Of a stretch of DNA of 64,000 nt, positions 45,401 to 57,719 are shown in pieces. The notes under the pieces were generated by a model. It was given only the letters and a program-made list of their open reading frames with translations, searched no databases and had not been told where the DNA came from. The stretch comes from Candidatus Marinacidobacterales bacterium (lineage in GTDB: Bacteria; Acidobacteriota; Vicinamibacteria; Marinacidobacterales; DATDRI01): contig CBDCNP010000002.1 of the NCBI GenBank assembly GCA_965219415.1, forward strand, positions 4,704,001 to 4,768,000, written 5' to 3'. The translations under genes were made by a program, and so were the position numbers. Each line of letters starts with the position of its first letter. Within the stretch, counting starts at the first letter, position 1.

Positions 45401-48377
45401 TACGCGGGACCGAGCCCGCACGCCTATCCTCGTCTCCCCTCGCTTCGGCGGGGGGAGTGGATTGAAACGTGCTGGACCCGGCGGCGCCGTGGAATCCGGA
45501 CGGTCTCCCCTCGCTTCGGCGGGGGGAGTGGATTGAAACTGTTTTTTCCAGGTCGGAGACGTAGATCCATCCGCGGCGTCTCCCCTCGCTTCGGCGGGGG
45601 GAGTGGATTGAAACTGGTTTCCGGGCGAAGGGGCAGCGCGGCAAAAAGTCTCCCCTCGCTTCGGCGGGGGGAGTGGATTGAAACATCCTCTTGATGAGCT
45701 TGACGAAACCGATATCGCCGTCTCCCCTCGCTTCGGCGGGGGGAGTGGATTGAAACCAAGGTAGCGACCGCCGCGTCCGCAATGTGGAAAGCCGTCTCCC
45801 CTCGCTTCGGCGGGGGGAGTGGATTGAAACGATCTCCGTATCACTGAACGGAATCTCCGTCTCCGGGTCTCCCCTCGCTTCGGCGGGGGGAGTGGATTGA
45901 AACGTGGTTTAAAAAGTGTTTGTGGCTCGTCCAAGCGCGTCTCCCCTCGCTTCGGCGGGGGGAGTGGATTGAAACGCCGGCAAGGTCTATTTCGAAGGTG
46001 GAGAAAACGCGCTGTCTCCCCTCGCTTCGGCGGGGGGAGTGGATTGAAACAGGACACGGTTGTCCGCATCGAGCGCTTGTGCTCGTCTCCCCTCGCTTCG
46101 GCGGGGGGAGTGGATTGAAACCGCTTCCTCGAGCGCGTTCACAATCGGCCCGTAAAGTCTCCCCTCGCTTCGGCGGGGGGAGTGGATTGAAACAATGCGT
46201 ATTAGATCAATTAGATATATTAGATCCGTCTCCCCTCGCTTCGGCGGGGGGAGTGGATTGAAACTTTCGGTAAATCGCGCGCTGATGGGAAATCGTCCGG
46301 GTCTCCCCTCGCTTCGGCGGGGGGAGTGGATTGAAACGTCTCGGTGCACGGCCATAACATCCCGGCGGGCGGTCTCCCCTCGCTTCGGCGGGGGGAGTGG
46401 ATTGAAACCTGTTCGCCGCGCCGTTTCCAGTTGTAAAACGTCGTCGTCTCCCCTCGCTTCGGCGGGGGGAGTGGATTGAAACCCCCCGCGCTTGGTCGAG
46501 CCCTGCATCCTTGCTGGCACGTCTCCCCTCGCTTCGGCGGGGGGAGTGGATTGAAACATCGAGACCGGCCTCGTTGTGATCGCGGTCGTCTGGTCTCCCC
46601 TCGCTTCGGCGGGGGGAGTGGATTGAAACGTCGACCGGGCGATCGGGCAGTTGGATCGGATTCGTCTCCCCTCGCTTCGGCGGGGGGAGTGGATTGAAAC
46701 AAGCCGACCGCGGCGGACGCCATCACGATCCTCGACGTCTCCCCTCGCTTCGGCGGGGGGAGTGGATTGAAACCACTTTCCTTGACCTAGGAGAGCCTTC
46801 GACAGCACGTCTCCCCTCGCTTCGGCGGGGGGAGTGGATTGAAACTGTTTTTTCCAGGTCGGAGACGTAGATCCATCCGCGGCGTCTCCCCTCGCTTCGG
46901 CGGGGGGAGTGGATTGAAACTGGTTTCCGGGCGAAGGGGCAGCGCGGCAAAAAGTCTCCCCTCGCTTCGGCGGGGGGAGTGGATTGAAACTGTTTTTTCC
47001 AGGTCGGAGACGTAGATCCATCCGCGGCGTCTCCCCTCGCTTCGGCGGGGGGAGTGGATTGAAACTGTTTTTTCCAGGTCGGAGACGTAGATCCATCCGC
47101 GGCGTCTCCCCTCGCTTCGGCGGGGGGAGTGGATTGAAACTGGTTTCCGGGCGAAGGGGCAGCGCGGCAAAAAGTCTCCCCTCGCTTCGGCGGGGGGAGT
47201 GGATTGAAACATAATTAGCTCCGCTGGCCGCTTCTGGAGCGAAGCCGAGTCTCCCCTCGCTTCGGCGGGGGGAGTGGATTGAAACCGCTTGATAAAGTTC
47301 TCGTAGGCCGCTATCTCTGTTGTCTCCCCTCGCTTCGGCGGGGGGAGTGGATTGAAACTCAAGGCCATGCTCAAAGAAGGGCGGTTTTGGAAGTGTCTCC
47401 CCTCGCTTCGGCGGGGGGAGTGGATTGAAACTGGCGAATGTATCTTACCTCAAAGACCTGGTTCACGAGTCTCCCCTCGCTTCGGCGGGGGGAGTGGATT
47501 GAAACTGTTTTTTCCAGGTCGGAGACGTAGATCCATCCGCGGCGTCTCCCCTCGCTTCGGCGGGGGGAGTGGATTGAAACCGCTTGATAAAGTTCTCGTA
47601 GGCCGCTATCTCTGTTGTCTCCCCTCGCTTCGGCGGGGGGAGTGGATTGAAACTCAAGGCCATGCTCAAAGAAGGGCGGTTTTGGAAGTGTCTCCCCTCG
47701 CTTCGGCGGGGGGAGTGGATTGAAACTGGCGAATGTATCTTACCTCAAAGACCTGGTTCACGAGTCTCCCCTCGCTTCGGCGGGGGGAGTGGATTGAAAC
47801 GTGTTGGAGAAGTCGTCGCAGTATGAGAAGGTCCCGGTCGTCTCCCCTCGCTTCGGCGGGGGGAGTGGATTGAAACCTGACCGAGCATACAAAATATCGT
47901 CTAATCCTCCGGTCTCCCCTCGCTTCGGCGGGGGGAGTGGATTGAAACCTGTATCTGAGCGACCACCACAGCATTAACCAGGCGTCTCCCCTCGCTTCGG
48001 CGGGGGGAGTGGATTGAAACGTTGACTAGGTAGACTTGCCGCGCTTCCGCGGAGAGAGGATGTCTCCCCTCGCTTCGGCGGGGGGAGTGGATTGAAACCG
48101 GATCGGACTGTTAGGCCAGATGGCCGACGCAGGGTGTCTCCCCTCGCTTCGGCGGGGGGAGTGGATTGAAACCCGTAATTGAGGCGCCCCATCGGTCGTC
48201 CGGGTTGCTGTCTCCCCTCGCTTCGGCGGGGGGAGTGGATTGAAACCACCAACGAGGACGTAGAGGAGTGCCCTACTTTCAAGTCTCCCCTCGCTTCGGC
48301 GGGGGGAGTGGATTGAAACTAACAAGACAGCATCGCGTCCATGACGTTGCGCGAGTCTCCCCTCGCTTCGGCGGGGG
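42472..48377 (+). CRISPR. CRISPR array part 1 (~82 repeats, last one split by IS3)
   Basis: 37-nt repeat GTCTCCCCTCGCTTCGGCGGGGGGAGTGGATTGAAAC; spacers about 33-41 nt; hand count. Confidence 0.99.
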
Positions 48378-49640
48378 TGACCCTGCCCGGGTTTTGTGGA
48401 CACCAATCGAGGCGCGACAATGCGCCTGGAGGCGTCCATGGGAAAACGACGACGCAGGAAGTTCACGGGGGAGTTCAAGAAGGAAGCGGTCCGGTTGTTC
48501 AGGGAAGGCGAGCGCAGCATCGGCCAGGTCGCTAAGGAACTGGACCTGACGGAATCATCCCTTCGAAACTGGGTGAAACAATACAAAGTTGATCACGGTG
48601 AAGGTCCACGCGAGGCTCTGACGACGGCGGAACGTGATGAGCTGGGTTCGCTACGACGTCGAGTGCGCACGTTGGAGCAAGAGCGAGAAATATTAAAAAA
48701 GGCGGCGGCCTTCTTCGCGAAAGAAAGCGAATGAGATTCAATTTCATTCACGCGGAGCGGGCCAACTACCCGGTGCGGGTGATGTGCCGAGTCCTGAGGG
48801 TATCGACCAGCGGCTACTACGCTCAGATGAAGCGCGCGCCCAGCAAGCGACAGTGTGAGGATGGGAAGCTGAAGCTGCGCATCCAAGCGATCCACGCCCA
48901 TAGCCGTGGTACCTACGGCAGGGAGCGTGTACGTCGCCAGCTTGACGGAGAGAACGTCGAGGTGGGCAAGCAGCGAGTGGCACGGCTGATGCGTGAGATG
49001 GATCTGCAGGGCCTGCCCAGCAAGCGTTTTCGCCGCACGACTGACAGCAAGCACGATCGTCCTGTCGCACCCAACGTGCTCGGTCGGAACTTCGAAGCCG
49101 AACGACCGAACCAGTTCTGGGTGACGGACATAACCTTCATCCGGACTTGGGAAGGCTGGCTCTACTTGGCGGTCATCCTCGATCTGTTCTCGCGTCGTGT
49201 CGTCGGCTGGGCGATGCAGCCCCACCTGCGCGCGGAGCTTGCTCTCGAGGCGCTTCACATAGCCTTGGGGCGCCGCCTGCCGGAAAGTGGCTTGGTGCAT
49301 CATTCAGACCGTGGTACTCAATACACGGCTGCGACCTACCAGGCCGTGCTCGATGAGTACGGCATCGTGTGCTCGATGAGCCGCAAGGGTGATTGCTGGG
49401 ACAACGCCGTGACCGAGAGCTTCTTCGGCACACTCAAGACCGAACTCCTCCACCGACGTAGTTGGCCAACACGACGTATGGCCAAAGACGCGGTCGCGAG
49501 CTACATCGAGGGGTTCTACAATCCGTATCGACTCCACTCGTCACTCGATTACAACAGCCCAATGGTGTTCGAACGGATTCATGATCTCAAAACTGCTCAT
49601 GCGAGATAATCAACCTGTCCACTTTTCCTGGGCAAGGTCA
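48378..49640 (+). mobile_element. Intact IS3-family element (orfA 48438-48734, orfB 48731-49609)
   Basis: IRs TGACCCTGCCC / GGGCAAGGTCA; A6G slippery site at 48695-48701; WVTDIT, HSDRG, ESFF. Confidence 0.95.
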
Positions 49641-51308
49641 CGGGGAGTGGATTGAAACACCAATCGGACGCAGCATCTACCAAGTCCTTGTAGGGTCTCC
49701 CCTCGCTTCGGCGGGGGGAGTGGATTGAAACATATTACGTCGTTCCTGAAATGCTCCGTAGTGAAAGTCTCCCCTCGCTTCGGCGGGGGGAGTGGATTGA
49801 AACTGTACCCATACCTCGGTTTCGTGAAAATCATTTGTCGTCTCCCCTCGCTTCGGCGGGGGGAGTGGATTGAAACCTGGCACTTCGGGCTTCTGATGCC
49901 GCTCGCCTCGAGTCTCCCCTCGCTTCGGCGGGGGGAGTGGATTGAAACTTGAAGGCGTCGGCATTTTTGATCGCTTTCGTTTGGTCTCCCCTCGCTTCGG
50001 CGGGGGGAGTGGATTGAAACACGGATGCAGCACCGACGATGCCGATCCCTATTGTGGTCTCCCCTCGCTTCGGCGGGGGGAGTGGATTGAAACTCGTTCC
50101 CGATCCGTAGATCGCCGGCCTTGTTTCCGGTCTCCCTCGCTTCGGCGGGGGGAGTGGATTGAAACGTTTCGGTGGAACCGTTGATCGCCCCGGTCGATTT
50201 GTCTCCCCTCGCTTCGGCGGGGGGAGTGGATTGAAACATATTACGTCGTTCCTGAAATGCTCCGTAGTGAAAGTCTCCCCTCGCTTCGGCGGGGGGAGTG
50301 GATTGAAACATATTACGTCGTTCCTGAAATGCTCCGTAGTGAAAGTCTCCCCTCGCTTCGGCGGGGGGAGTGGATTGAAACTGTACCCATACCTCGGTTT
50401 CGTGAAAATCATTTGTCGTCTCCCCTCGCTTCGGCGGGGGGAGTGGATTGAAACTCAGCTCCGCCGAGTAGCCCATGAAATTGGCCGAGGTCTCCCCTCG
50501 CTTCGGCGGGGGGAGTGGATTGAAACTTCGAGGACCTGGCGGCGCCGGGTCTGGGGATGTCGTCTCCCCTCGCTTCGGCGGGGGGAGTGGATTGAAACGT
50601 TGCTCGTGGCGCTGGGCGATCCTCCGTGGACGTCTCCCCTCGCTTCGGCGGGGGGAGTGGATTGAAACTTTCCTGGCCCGTCGCCAATCCGACAGACACG
50701 AGTCTCCCCTCGCTTCGGCGGGGGGAGTGGATTGAAACGTTGCTCGTGGCGCTGGGCGATCCTCCGTGGACGTCTCCCCTCGCTTCGGCGGGGGGAGTGG
50801 ATTGAAACTTTCCTGGCCCGTCGCCAATCCGACAGACACGAGTCTCCCCTCGCTTCGGCGGGGGGAGTGGATTGAAACCTCGTGAACTTGTCGGAATCCT
50901 CCAGCAACTTGTTGTCTCCCCTCGCTTCGGCGGGGGGAGTGGATTGAAACCTAGACGTGCACGATGTCCGTGAGATTCCACGTTTGTCTCCCCTCGCTTC
51001 GGCGGGGGGAGTGGATTGAAACCCTTTTCGGTGGCGGCGGTGCAGCCGCTAGCGGTGGTCTCCCCTCGCTTCGGCGGGGGGAGTGGATTGAAACGTATAG
51101 CCCCACCTAATATGCAGAGCGCTTCATCGTCTCCCCTCGCTTCGGCGGGGGGAGTGGATTGAAACCATTCCGGCCAGATCGTCAGCACATTGGCGGGCAG
51201 TCTCCCCTCGCTTCGGCGGGGGGAGTGGATTGAAACAAGTACACCGAAAAGACGTAGCAACCCGGCTGCTCGTCTCCCCTCGCTTCGGCGGGGGGAGTGG
51301 ATTGAAAC
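49641..51308 (+). CRISPR. CRISPR array part 2 (half repeat plus ~23 repeats)
   Basis: Same repeat; followed by a partial spacer cut by the transposon end at 51329. Confidence 0.98.
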
Positions 51309-51413
51309 CGTCCAACGAATCGCCATCGCGTCCTGTGCCAAAACTCGGCCCTTTTGAAATAGACGATAAATCAGCAGCTTAGTGTCTGTGTTTTCGACCG
51401 GACAGTGAGCGTG

Positions 51414-51935
51414 TTACTTCGGCCAGCAGCCGGATACGATCCGGCGCCGTTTGATGCGGGTCGCCTCGACCGTGTAGACCCAGGCGAGTTCCCGGACTCC
51501 GTGGACCGTGGCGGGCACCAGCACACGGCGGTACAAGCTGGAACCGCCTGGACGGAAGCCCTCCAGCCCGTCGATGGCAGGCAGGCGAGATTGTGGGTCG
51601 TCGAAGGTGAGCAGTTCCCCGTACACGGCGCCCCAGGCGCCCACTGTGGTGCTTTCGGAGACCGGTCGGGGACGCCACTGCCCGGACAGGCGCGCCTGTG
51701 TGCCCACGTCGGCTAGGGGGTCTCCAGTTCCGTGAGCGAGGATGTTCTCGTCGGGCACCTCAAGAACGGGGAAGCCGGGCCCTTCGAAGAGGCGGCCTCG
51801 AACTTGGGCCTCCTGGATCGCCAGCACGCCCCGGCAGAAGGGGTCGTGGTTCCAGTACCCGCGCTTGAGCGTCCCGTAGACGAAGAGTCTCAACACGCCG
51901 GAAGAGTTCTCTTTCGGAGATTCTCTGGGTTTCAC
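51414..51935 (-). CDS. Gamma-glutamylcyclotransferase (AIG2-like)
   Basis: LFVYGTLKRG, VYGEL, IDGLEG, YRR, AWVY. Confidence 0.85.
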   Translation of the reverse strand: MKPRESPKENSSGVLRLFVYGTLKRGYWNHDPFCRGVLAIQEAQVRGRLFEGPGFPVLEVPDENILAHGTGDPLADVGTQARLSGQWRPRPVSESTTVGAWGAVYGELLTFDDPQSRLPAIDGLEGFRPGGSSLYRRVLVPATVHGVRELAWVYTVEATRIKRRRIVSGCWPK

Positions 51936-52068
51936 TCAGGAGTTGTCCTCCTGTCCGTGAAAGGTGACTTGACCCCACGGTTAGTACCACGTTGTATCTC
52001 AGTCATTCGGTGCTGACAATGGCTGGTTGAAGCAGGCGTAGCGGAGCCGGTTTCAACCAAATCGTTTC

Positions 52069-52170
52069 CGGCGCTGGCGGTCGGTAACCTAAAGAGCTGT
52101 GGGGTCTGAAGCGATTGAACTCTTGCCGCCACCTTTCGATCAATGCCTTGGCCTCCTTCAAGTGCTCAGG
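52069..52170 (-). pseudogene. IS3-family orfB C-terminal fragment
   Basis: EAKALIERWRQEFNRFRPHSSLGYRPPAP. Confidence 0.7.
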
Positions 52171-52337
52171 GAAACAACGTCCAGAAACGGGATGCCAAAG
52201 GTGGTCATCTGCATGGTGACGACCCGCCCGCCCAAGACGATTGTAGAGCCCACGGCCCTTGACCCGGTCGCAAACACAGACACCAAGTTGCTGGATTTAT
52301 GGCCTATTTCAAAAGGGCCGAGTTTTGGCACAGGACG

Positions 52338-52506
52338 GGGTAAGGTCCCCTTCTACCAAGACAAGCAGAAGACGCCGTTGCACATCTTGATCGACAGCAG
52401 CGGTCTCGCTGTCCACGCCGGCCAGCTGCGCAGAGCACCAAAGAGCAGGGACTATCGCAAGCTCCATCTGTGTGTCGACGAGCAGACTGGCGAAGTCGTT
52501 GCCGGC
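52338..52506 (+). pseudogene. IS5 (IS903 group) transposase internal fragment
   Basis: LHILIDSSGL...RKLHLCVDEQTGEVVA. Confidence 0.75.
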
Positions 52507-52518
52507 GTGGTGGGGAAG

Positions 52519-53207
52519 GTTTCAATCCACTCCCCCCGCCGAAGCGAGGGGAGACTCGCAGAAGTCTTGCCTAGCGAAAACTCAACCGGAACGTTTCAAT
52601 CCACTCCCCCCGCCGAAGCGAGGGGAGACTAGACCTGAAGATTCGGGCTGAGGCGGCCCGGAAGGTTTCAATCCACTCCCCCCGCCGAAGCGAGGGGAGA
52701 CTAGACCTGAAGATTCGGGCTGAGGCGGCCCGGAAGGTTTCAATCCACTCCCCCCGCCGAAGCGAGGGGAGACCAGCGACGCCGCGGCCGCGGCCGTCCC
52801 CCCGACGAAAGTTTCAATCCACTCCCCCCGCCGAAGCGAGGGGAGACAGGCGATCACATCGCAGCAAGTGGGCCGAATGGAGTTTCAATCCACTCCCCCC
52901 GCCGAAGCGAGGGGAGACGGGTTATCTGCTAGCCAATTGCAAAAAGTTATGCAGGTTTCAATCCACTCCCCCCGCCGAAGCGAGGGGAGACCGCAATAAA
53001 ACTGACTATGTTGGCGCAATATCGTATGTTTCAATCCACTCCCCCCGCCGAAGCGAGGGGAGACTCGGCGCTGCGCACCAACGACAGGATATTGTTAACG
53101 TTTCAATCCACTCCCCCCGCCGAAGCGAGGGGAGACCGTGGGAATAGACACCTCGGAGCTGTCGCGGGACGTTTCAATCCACTCCCCCCGCCGAAGCGAG
53201 GGGAGAC
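52519..53207 (-). CRISPR. Inverted leaderless CRISPR array (10 repeats)
   Basis: Exact reverse complement of the main repeat; one tandemly duplicated spacer. Confidence 0.97.
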
Positions 53208-53384
53208 GGCGCTCGTCTCTCGTCATTGTCAAGGTGAACCGCGTCGTGTCCAAGAACACAAATGAACTCAAGACCCGCACGCCGCCGATATCATCGTTAG
53301 TAGGGGGCGATGCCGTTCGCCGACTGATGGAGACCAAGAGCGAGCGTGGCCGCGGCCGCGGGTTGGCTTACAGCGTGACCTGCC

Positions 53385-53645
53385 TCACAGCGTTGCGACG
53401 AGGGCACGCTGCTCCTCCCAATCGTCGGGAAGTGGATGATGGAGGAGGTAGCTCGATGTCAGCCCAACGGGCTGGCGACCGTCCACAATGGCGCGGACGA
53501 TGTCGGGGGCCATGAAGGCATAGCCGATGGCCTTGCGCACGCGGGCCTTTGGGATGGCGTCTTCGGTGGCAATCTCCTCATAGGTTTTGCCCGCAGAGGG
53601 CGTTGGCGATATTGCGCAGGAGGGTGCGGTCAACCGATTTTAGGG
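53385..53645 (-). pseudogene. Large serine recombinase C-terminal fragment
   Basis: Overlaps 22339-22500 in sequence and continues APDIVRAIVDGRQP...LPDDWEEQR. Confidence 0.8.
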
Positions 53646-53652
53646 AGTTGCC

Positions 53653-53818
53653 GGTGCTTGCGCTGTTTGCTGTTGGTGATGTGTACGTATCCCATTGCAA
53701 AAAAAGCGCTTACGCTCCATTTAGCGCGCGGCGAAGGTCGCGAGCGCTATTTTGGCTGTAATTTAATGCAGCGTAAAGTCTTAGCGTCATCTCACCAACA
53801 GCCAACAGCGCAAGCACC
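53653..53818 (+). mobile_element. 166-bp MITE, variant with two left-type ends
   Basis: Right end AACAGCGCAAGCACC is a perfect IR of the left end. Confidence 0.85.
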
Positions 53819-53964
53819 CGGTGCCACCCACAGAGACTATCGTCGGCTGGTCTCCGTGAATTTCGAGAACGCCTCCAGGATTCGAGATTTCGGCTCCGTT
53901 CGCATTTTCGGACACGACGGGTCAGGTCAACTGGTCGGCCGTGCTTCGGCTACTCACCCAACTT

Positions 53965-55398
53965 CTACCGGTCGGTAAGGGATTCCGACAGCAACCGTCG
54001 CGCCGCTGCTAGGAGTCGATCCTTCCAGGCAACGCGTTCCCGCCAGTGGTTGGGGATGGCGTTCAGGCCGTAGAGGGCGCCGGCGAGCTGTCCCGTCACT
54101 GCTGCTACCGTATCGGCGTCGTCGGCCAGGTTGGCCGCGAGCAGCACCGCGCTGCGGAAGTCTCCGGTGCGGGCGACTGACCAGATGGCAGCTTCGAGCG
54201 TGTGAACGACGTACCCGCTGGAGCGGATCGTATCCCGTGTCCGTCCTCGCCAGCTGCCAGCTATGACCTGAGCGATTGCCGCCGCTCCCGTGAACCGTCT
54301 CGGAGCCAGAACGTCCGAGAACGGTGACCCGGCGATGGCGTCTGCCAGGAGTGCGCCGAACACCCGGCAGGCATCCACTGCCTCCTCGGCTCCGTGGGTC
54401 GTCCGGGACTGGTCGGCGGCGGCTCCGATCAGGCGCGGCCGGTCTAGTCTGAACCGGAGCGCGATGGGGGCGAGCCGCATCAGCGAGCCGTTGCCTGCGC
54501 TCCAGGGACCGGTCGAACCCGCGACCGGATCACACGTCTGCAGGTACCAGGCGAGTGCTTCTTGGGTCGTGTTTCCGATGTCGAAGCAGTGTCCGGTGCA
54601 CGAGTAGTCTCCATCTCGCCACCACTTCACGAAACGGTCCATAAGGTCCCGGCAGTCGAGCGTCTTGGATTCCGCCAGGCTGTCGGCAAGGGCCAGCGCC
54701 ATGGCCGTGTCGTCGGTCCAAGCGCCGGCCGGCAGATCGAACGGGCCGCCACCGACCATGTCTTCTAAACGCGGCTGCGTATCGCGAGAGCAGAATTCGA
54801 GCGTCGTGCCGACTGCGTCGCCCACCGCCAGACCGAGGAAAGCCCCGAGCGCCCGGTCGTGGATGTCGTCCGCGGTCCGGGATGGAACCGATGGTGCTCG
54901 TGCCGAACACTGCCTCACGTGGGCCAGCTGGGAGTCGTTCTCGATGGTCCCTTCGTGGGCGTCGCGCACGCGGCGGATCGCATCGTCCGGTTGTACGCCC
55001 AACTCCACCAGCAGGCGGGCTGTGATGGTCCCGGCACGTCCCAGACCACCCCGGCAGTGGAGCAGCACGTCAAAGCCGAGCCGCAGCCGGTTCCGGATGG
55101 ACTCGCCGGTGGCCTTCCAGGCGTGCTCGAAGTCCTGTTCCGGCGCCTCTCCGTCGGGAATCGGGGCATGCCACCACTCCATGTGCCGGTCTCGAACCGC
55201 CCTCGGGAGATCGTGCACCTTCAGATAAGCGAGCTCTTCGTGGGTGATCAGGCTGACCACCGCAGTCGCTCCCCAGTGCTGAATCGCGTCGAGGTCGGTG
55301 TCGAGATTTCGCTTCCAGGGCCCGGATATTGCGTAGCGATCGATCCTACCGGGGCACTGCGAGAAGCCGATCCGGCCCCGGCCGTCGCCCAGGGTCAT
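53965..55398 (-). CDS. CDKN3/dual-specificity phosphatase fused to ADP-ribosylglycohydrolase (start uncertain)
   Basis: HCRGGLGRAG (CX5R); GLAVGDAVG, WTDDT, GNGSLMR, DDADT. Confidence 0.88.
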   Translation of the reverse strand: MTLGDGRGRIGFSQCPGRIDRYAISGPWKRNLDTDLDAIQHWGATAVVSLITHEELAYLKVHDLPRAVRDRHMEWWHAPIPDGEAPEQDFEHAWKATGESIRNRLRLGFDVLLHCRGGLGRAGTITARLLVELGVQPDDAIRRVRDAHEGTIENDSQLAHVRQCSARAPSVPSRTADDIHDRALGAFLGLAVGDAVGTTLEFCSRDTQPRLEDMVGGGPFDLPAGAWTDDTAMALALADSLAESKTLDCRDLMDRFVKWWRDGDYSCTGHCFDIGNTTQEALAWYLQTCDPVAGSTGPWSAGNGSLMRLAPIALRFRLDRPRLIGAAADQSRTTHGAEEAVDACRVFGALLADAIAGSPFSDVLAPRRFTGAAAIAQVIAGSWRGRTRDTIRSSGYVVHTLEAAIWSVARTGDFRSAVLLAANLADDADTVAAVTGQLAGALYGLNAIPNHWRERVAWKDRLLAAARRLLSESLTDR

Positions 55399-55707
55399 CG
55401 CCGTGATGCGGAGTGATGAGCTGATAGTGATCCACGAAAGACCTTTGATTGCCTTTATCCGTTCCTGTGCCGAAAATTGATCCACTGGCAACGTTACAAG
55501 CGAGCAGTTGACGCGGCGTGGACGGTGGGGCCCGAGCCTGGCCGCCCGTTGGAACTCCAACACCTGTCCTGTGCCAAAACTCGGCCTTTGGTGGATAGAG
55601 TCTTGGAGGGATCTCGGTTGTGTTTTTGACACGACGGGGTGAAACGACGGAACGTTCCGCGCATCTCGAAGAACTCAAACAACTCTTCGAGGCGGCTCCG
55701 ATCAGCT

Positions 55708-55974
55708 GCCTTGGTGCACAACTCCGATAGAGGCCGAGAGCTCGCTTGGCCCCGACTCCCGTCATCTGATCATCTCGCTATCAGGCATCCCGAGCGCCCT
55801 CATGGTGTTGAGAAACTTGCACCCGATCCTTGCCTCACCTCTCTGTGCCGCCAACCCTCTCGCTCGCATCGCTGAGCCCACGATAGCCTTGTAGCGATGG
55901 AACGTTGTCTCGACTTTGCTCCGTTTGCTGTAGCCCGATTCTGTGTGCCACTTTCGTTTGCCGAGCCGAGCTTG
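55708..55974 (-). pseudogene. IS5 (IS903 group) 3' remnant with terminal IR
   Basis: GYSKRSKVET...FLNTMRALGMP; end GCCTTGGTGCACAACT. Confidence 0.75.
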
Positions 55975-56627
<653 letters not shown>

Positions 56628-56736
56628 TGAGGTCGAATCGGCCACGGGACGAAAGTGTAGCCCTGGGGGCTGTTCTGGAGGGACTCCAAGCAGGCCGGTG
56701 TGCCGGTCTTGAGTGCGTTTGTGTTTTTGGACACTA

Positions 56737-56900
56737 CGCGCACCATCAGCTCTTCGATGTCGGCGTCGACCTGCGGTCGCCCTGGATACTGACGGTTCTT
56801 GGAGCTATCGAACTTCTTCGCGACAAGCCTCCGGTGCCAACCTAGGATCGTGTCGGGGTTCACGATACTCGCGACCTCATCAAGGGCTTGCTTACCCAGC
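56737..56900 (-). pseudogene. rve-type transposase fragment
   Basis: IVNPDTILGWHRRLVAKKFD...GRP; a related piece lies at about 9320-9390. Confidence 0.6.
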
Positions 56901-56913
56901 GATTACTTCAAGC

Positions 56914-57719
56914 GGTATTGTCAAATTGAGCTGGTGACTGACAGAATGGTCCAATGAAGACCGATGCGCCAAGCTACCACGGCTATCGATTTCCACCGGA
57001 AATCATCAGCCACGCCGTCTGGCTCTACCACCGATTCTGCGTGAGCTTTCGAAACGTCGAAGAGTTGCTCGCTCAGCGAGGCATCACGGTTTCTTACGAA
57101 GCGGTCCGACTGTGGTGCATTAAGTTCGGGCCGGAATACGCTCGGCGACTGAAGCGTCGGCAGGGTCGTCTCGGTGACACATGGCACCTGGACGAGGTCT
57201 TCATAAAGATACAAGGTGAACGCCAATACCTCTGGCGCGCGGTAGACCAAGATGGTGATGTAATCGATATCCTCGTCCAGCCTCGCCGTGATCAGAAAGC
57301 CGCCAAACGATTCTTCCGCAAGCTGTTGAAGGGGCAAGGCCGTCCGCCCTGGCAGCTGGTCACCGACAAACTGAGAAGCTACAGCGCCGCTCACCGCGAG
57401 GTCATGCCGTCCGTCGTCCACGACACTGACCAGTACAGAAACAACCTAGCCGAAGTCTCGCACGAACCGACGCGACAACGGGAACGACAGATGCGGAAGT
57501 TTAAAGCTCCTGGGCAGGCGCAACGATTCTTGACCGTGCATGGACTCGTGCAAAATCTCTTTCGCGTCGGACGGCATTTGTTGCAAGCGCATCATCATCG
57601 GGAGCTACGAGACCGCGCTTTCATCGTCTGGCAGGAGGTAACCTGTGCCGTCCGATGAGAGCAAAGGAAGTCAGCTCGACGCGATAGGTTCGCTCGCTCA
57701 ACGTCAACTTGACAATACC
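56914..57719 (+). mobile_element. IS6-family element (transposase 56954-57658)
   Basis: IRs GGTATTGTCAAATTGA / TCAACTTGACAATACC; WHLDEVF, YLWRAVD, TDK, NNLAE. Confidence 0.93.

Noticed and set aside
42472-53207. Self-targeting spacers
   Set aside because: No spacer match to the window was found by eye; a computational search is still needed
42801-53265. Many long ORFs over the CRISPR arrays (FQSTPPAEARGD and VSPRFGGGSGLK repeats)
   Set aside because: These are translations of a repeat that lacks stops in most frames, not proteins
55399-55632. 555-aa version of the phosphatase-ARH protein
   Set aside because: The extension reads through transposon-end repeats; the true start is at or slightly upstream of 55398
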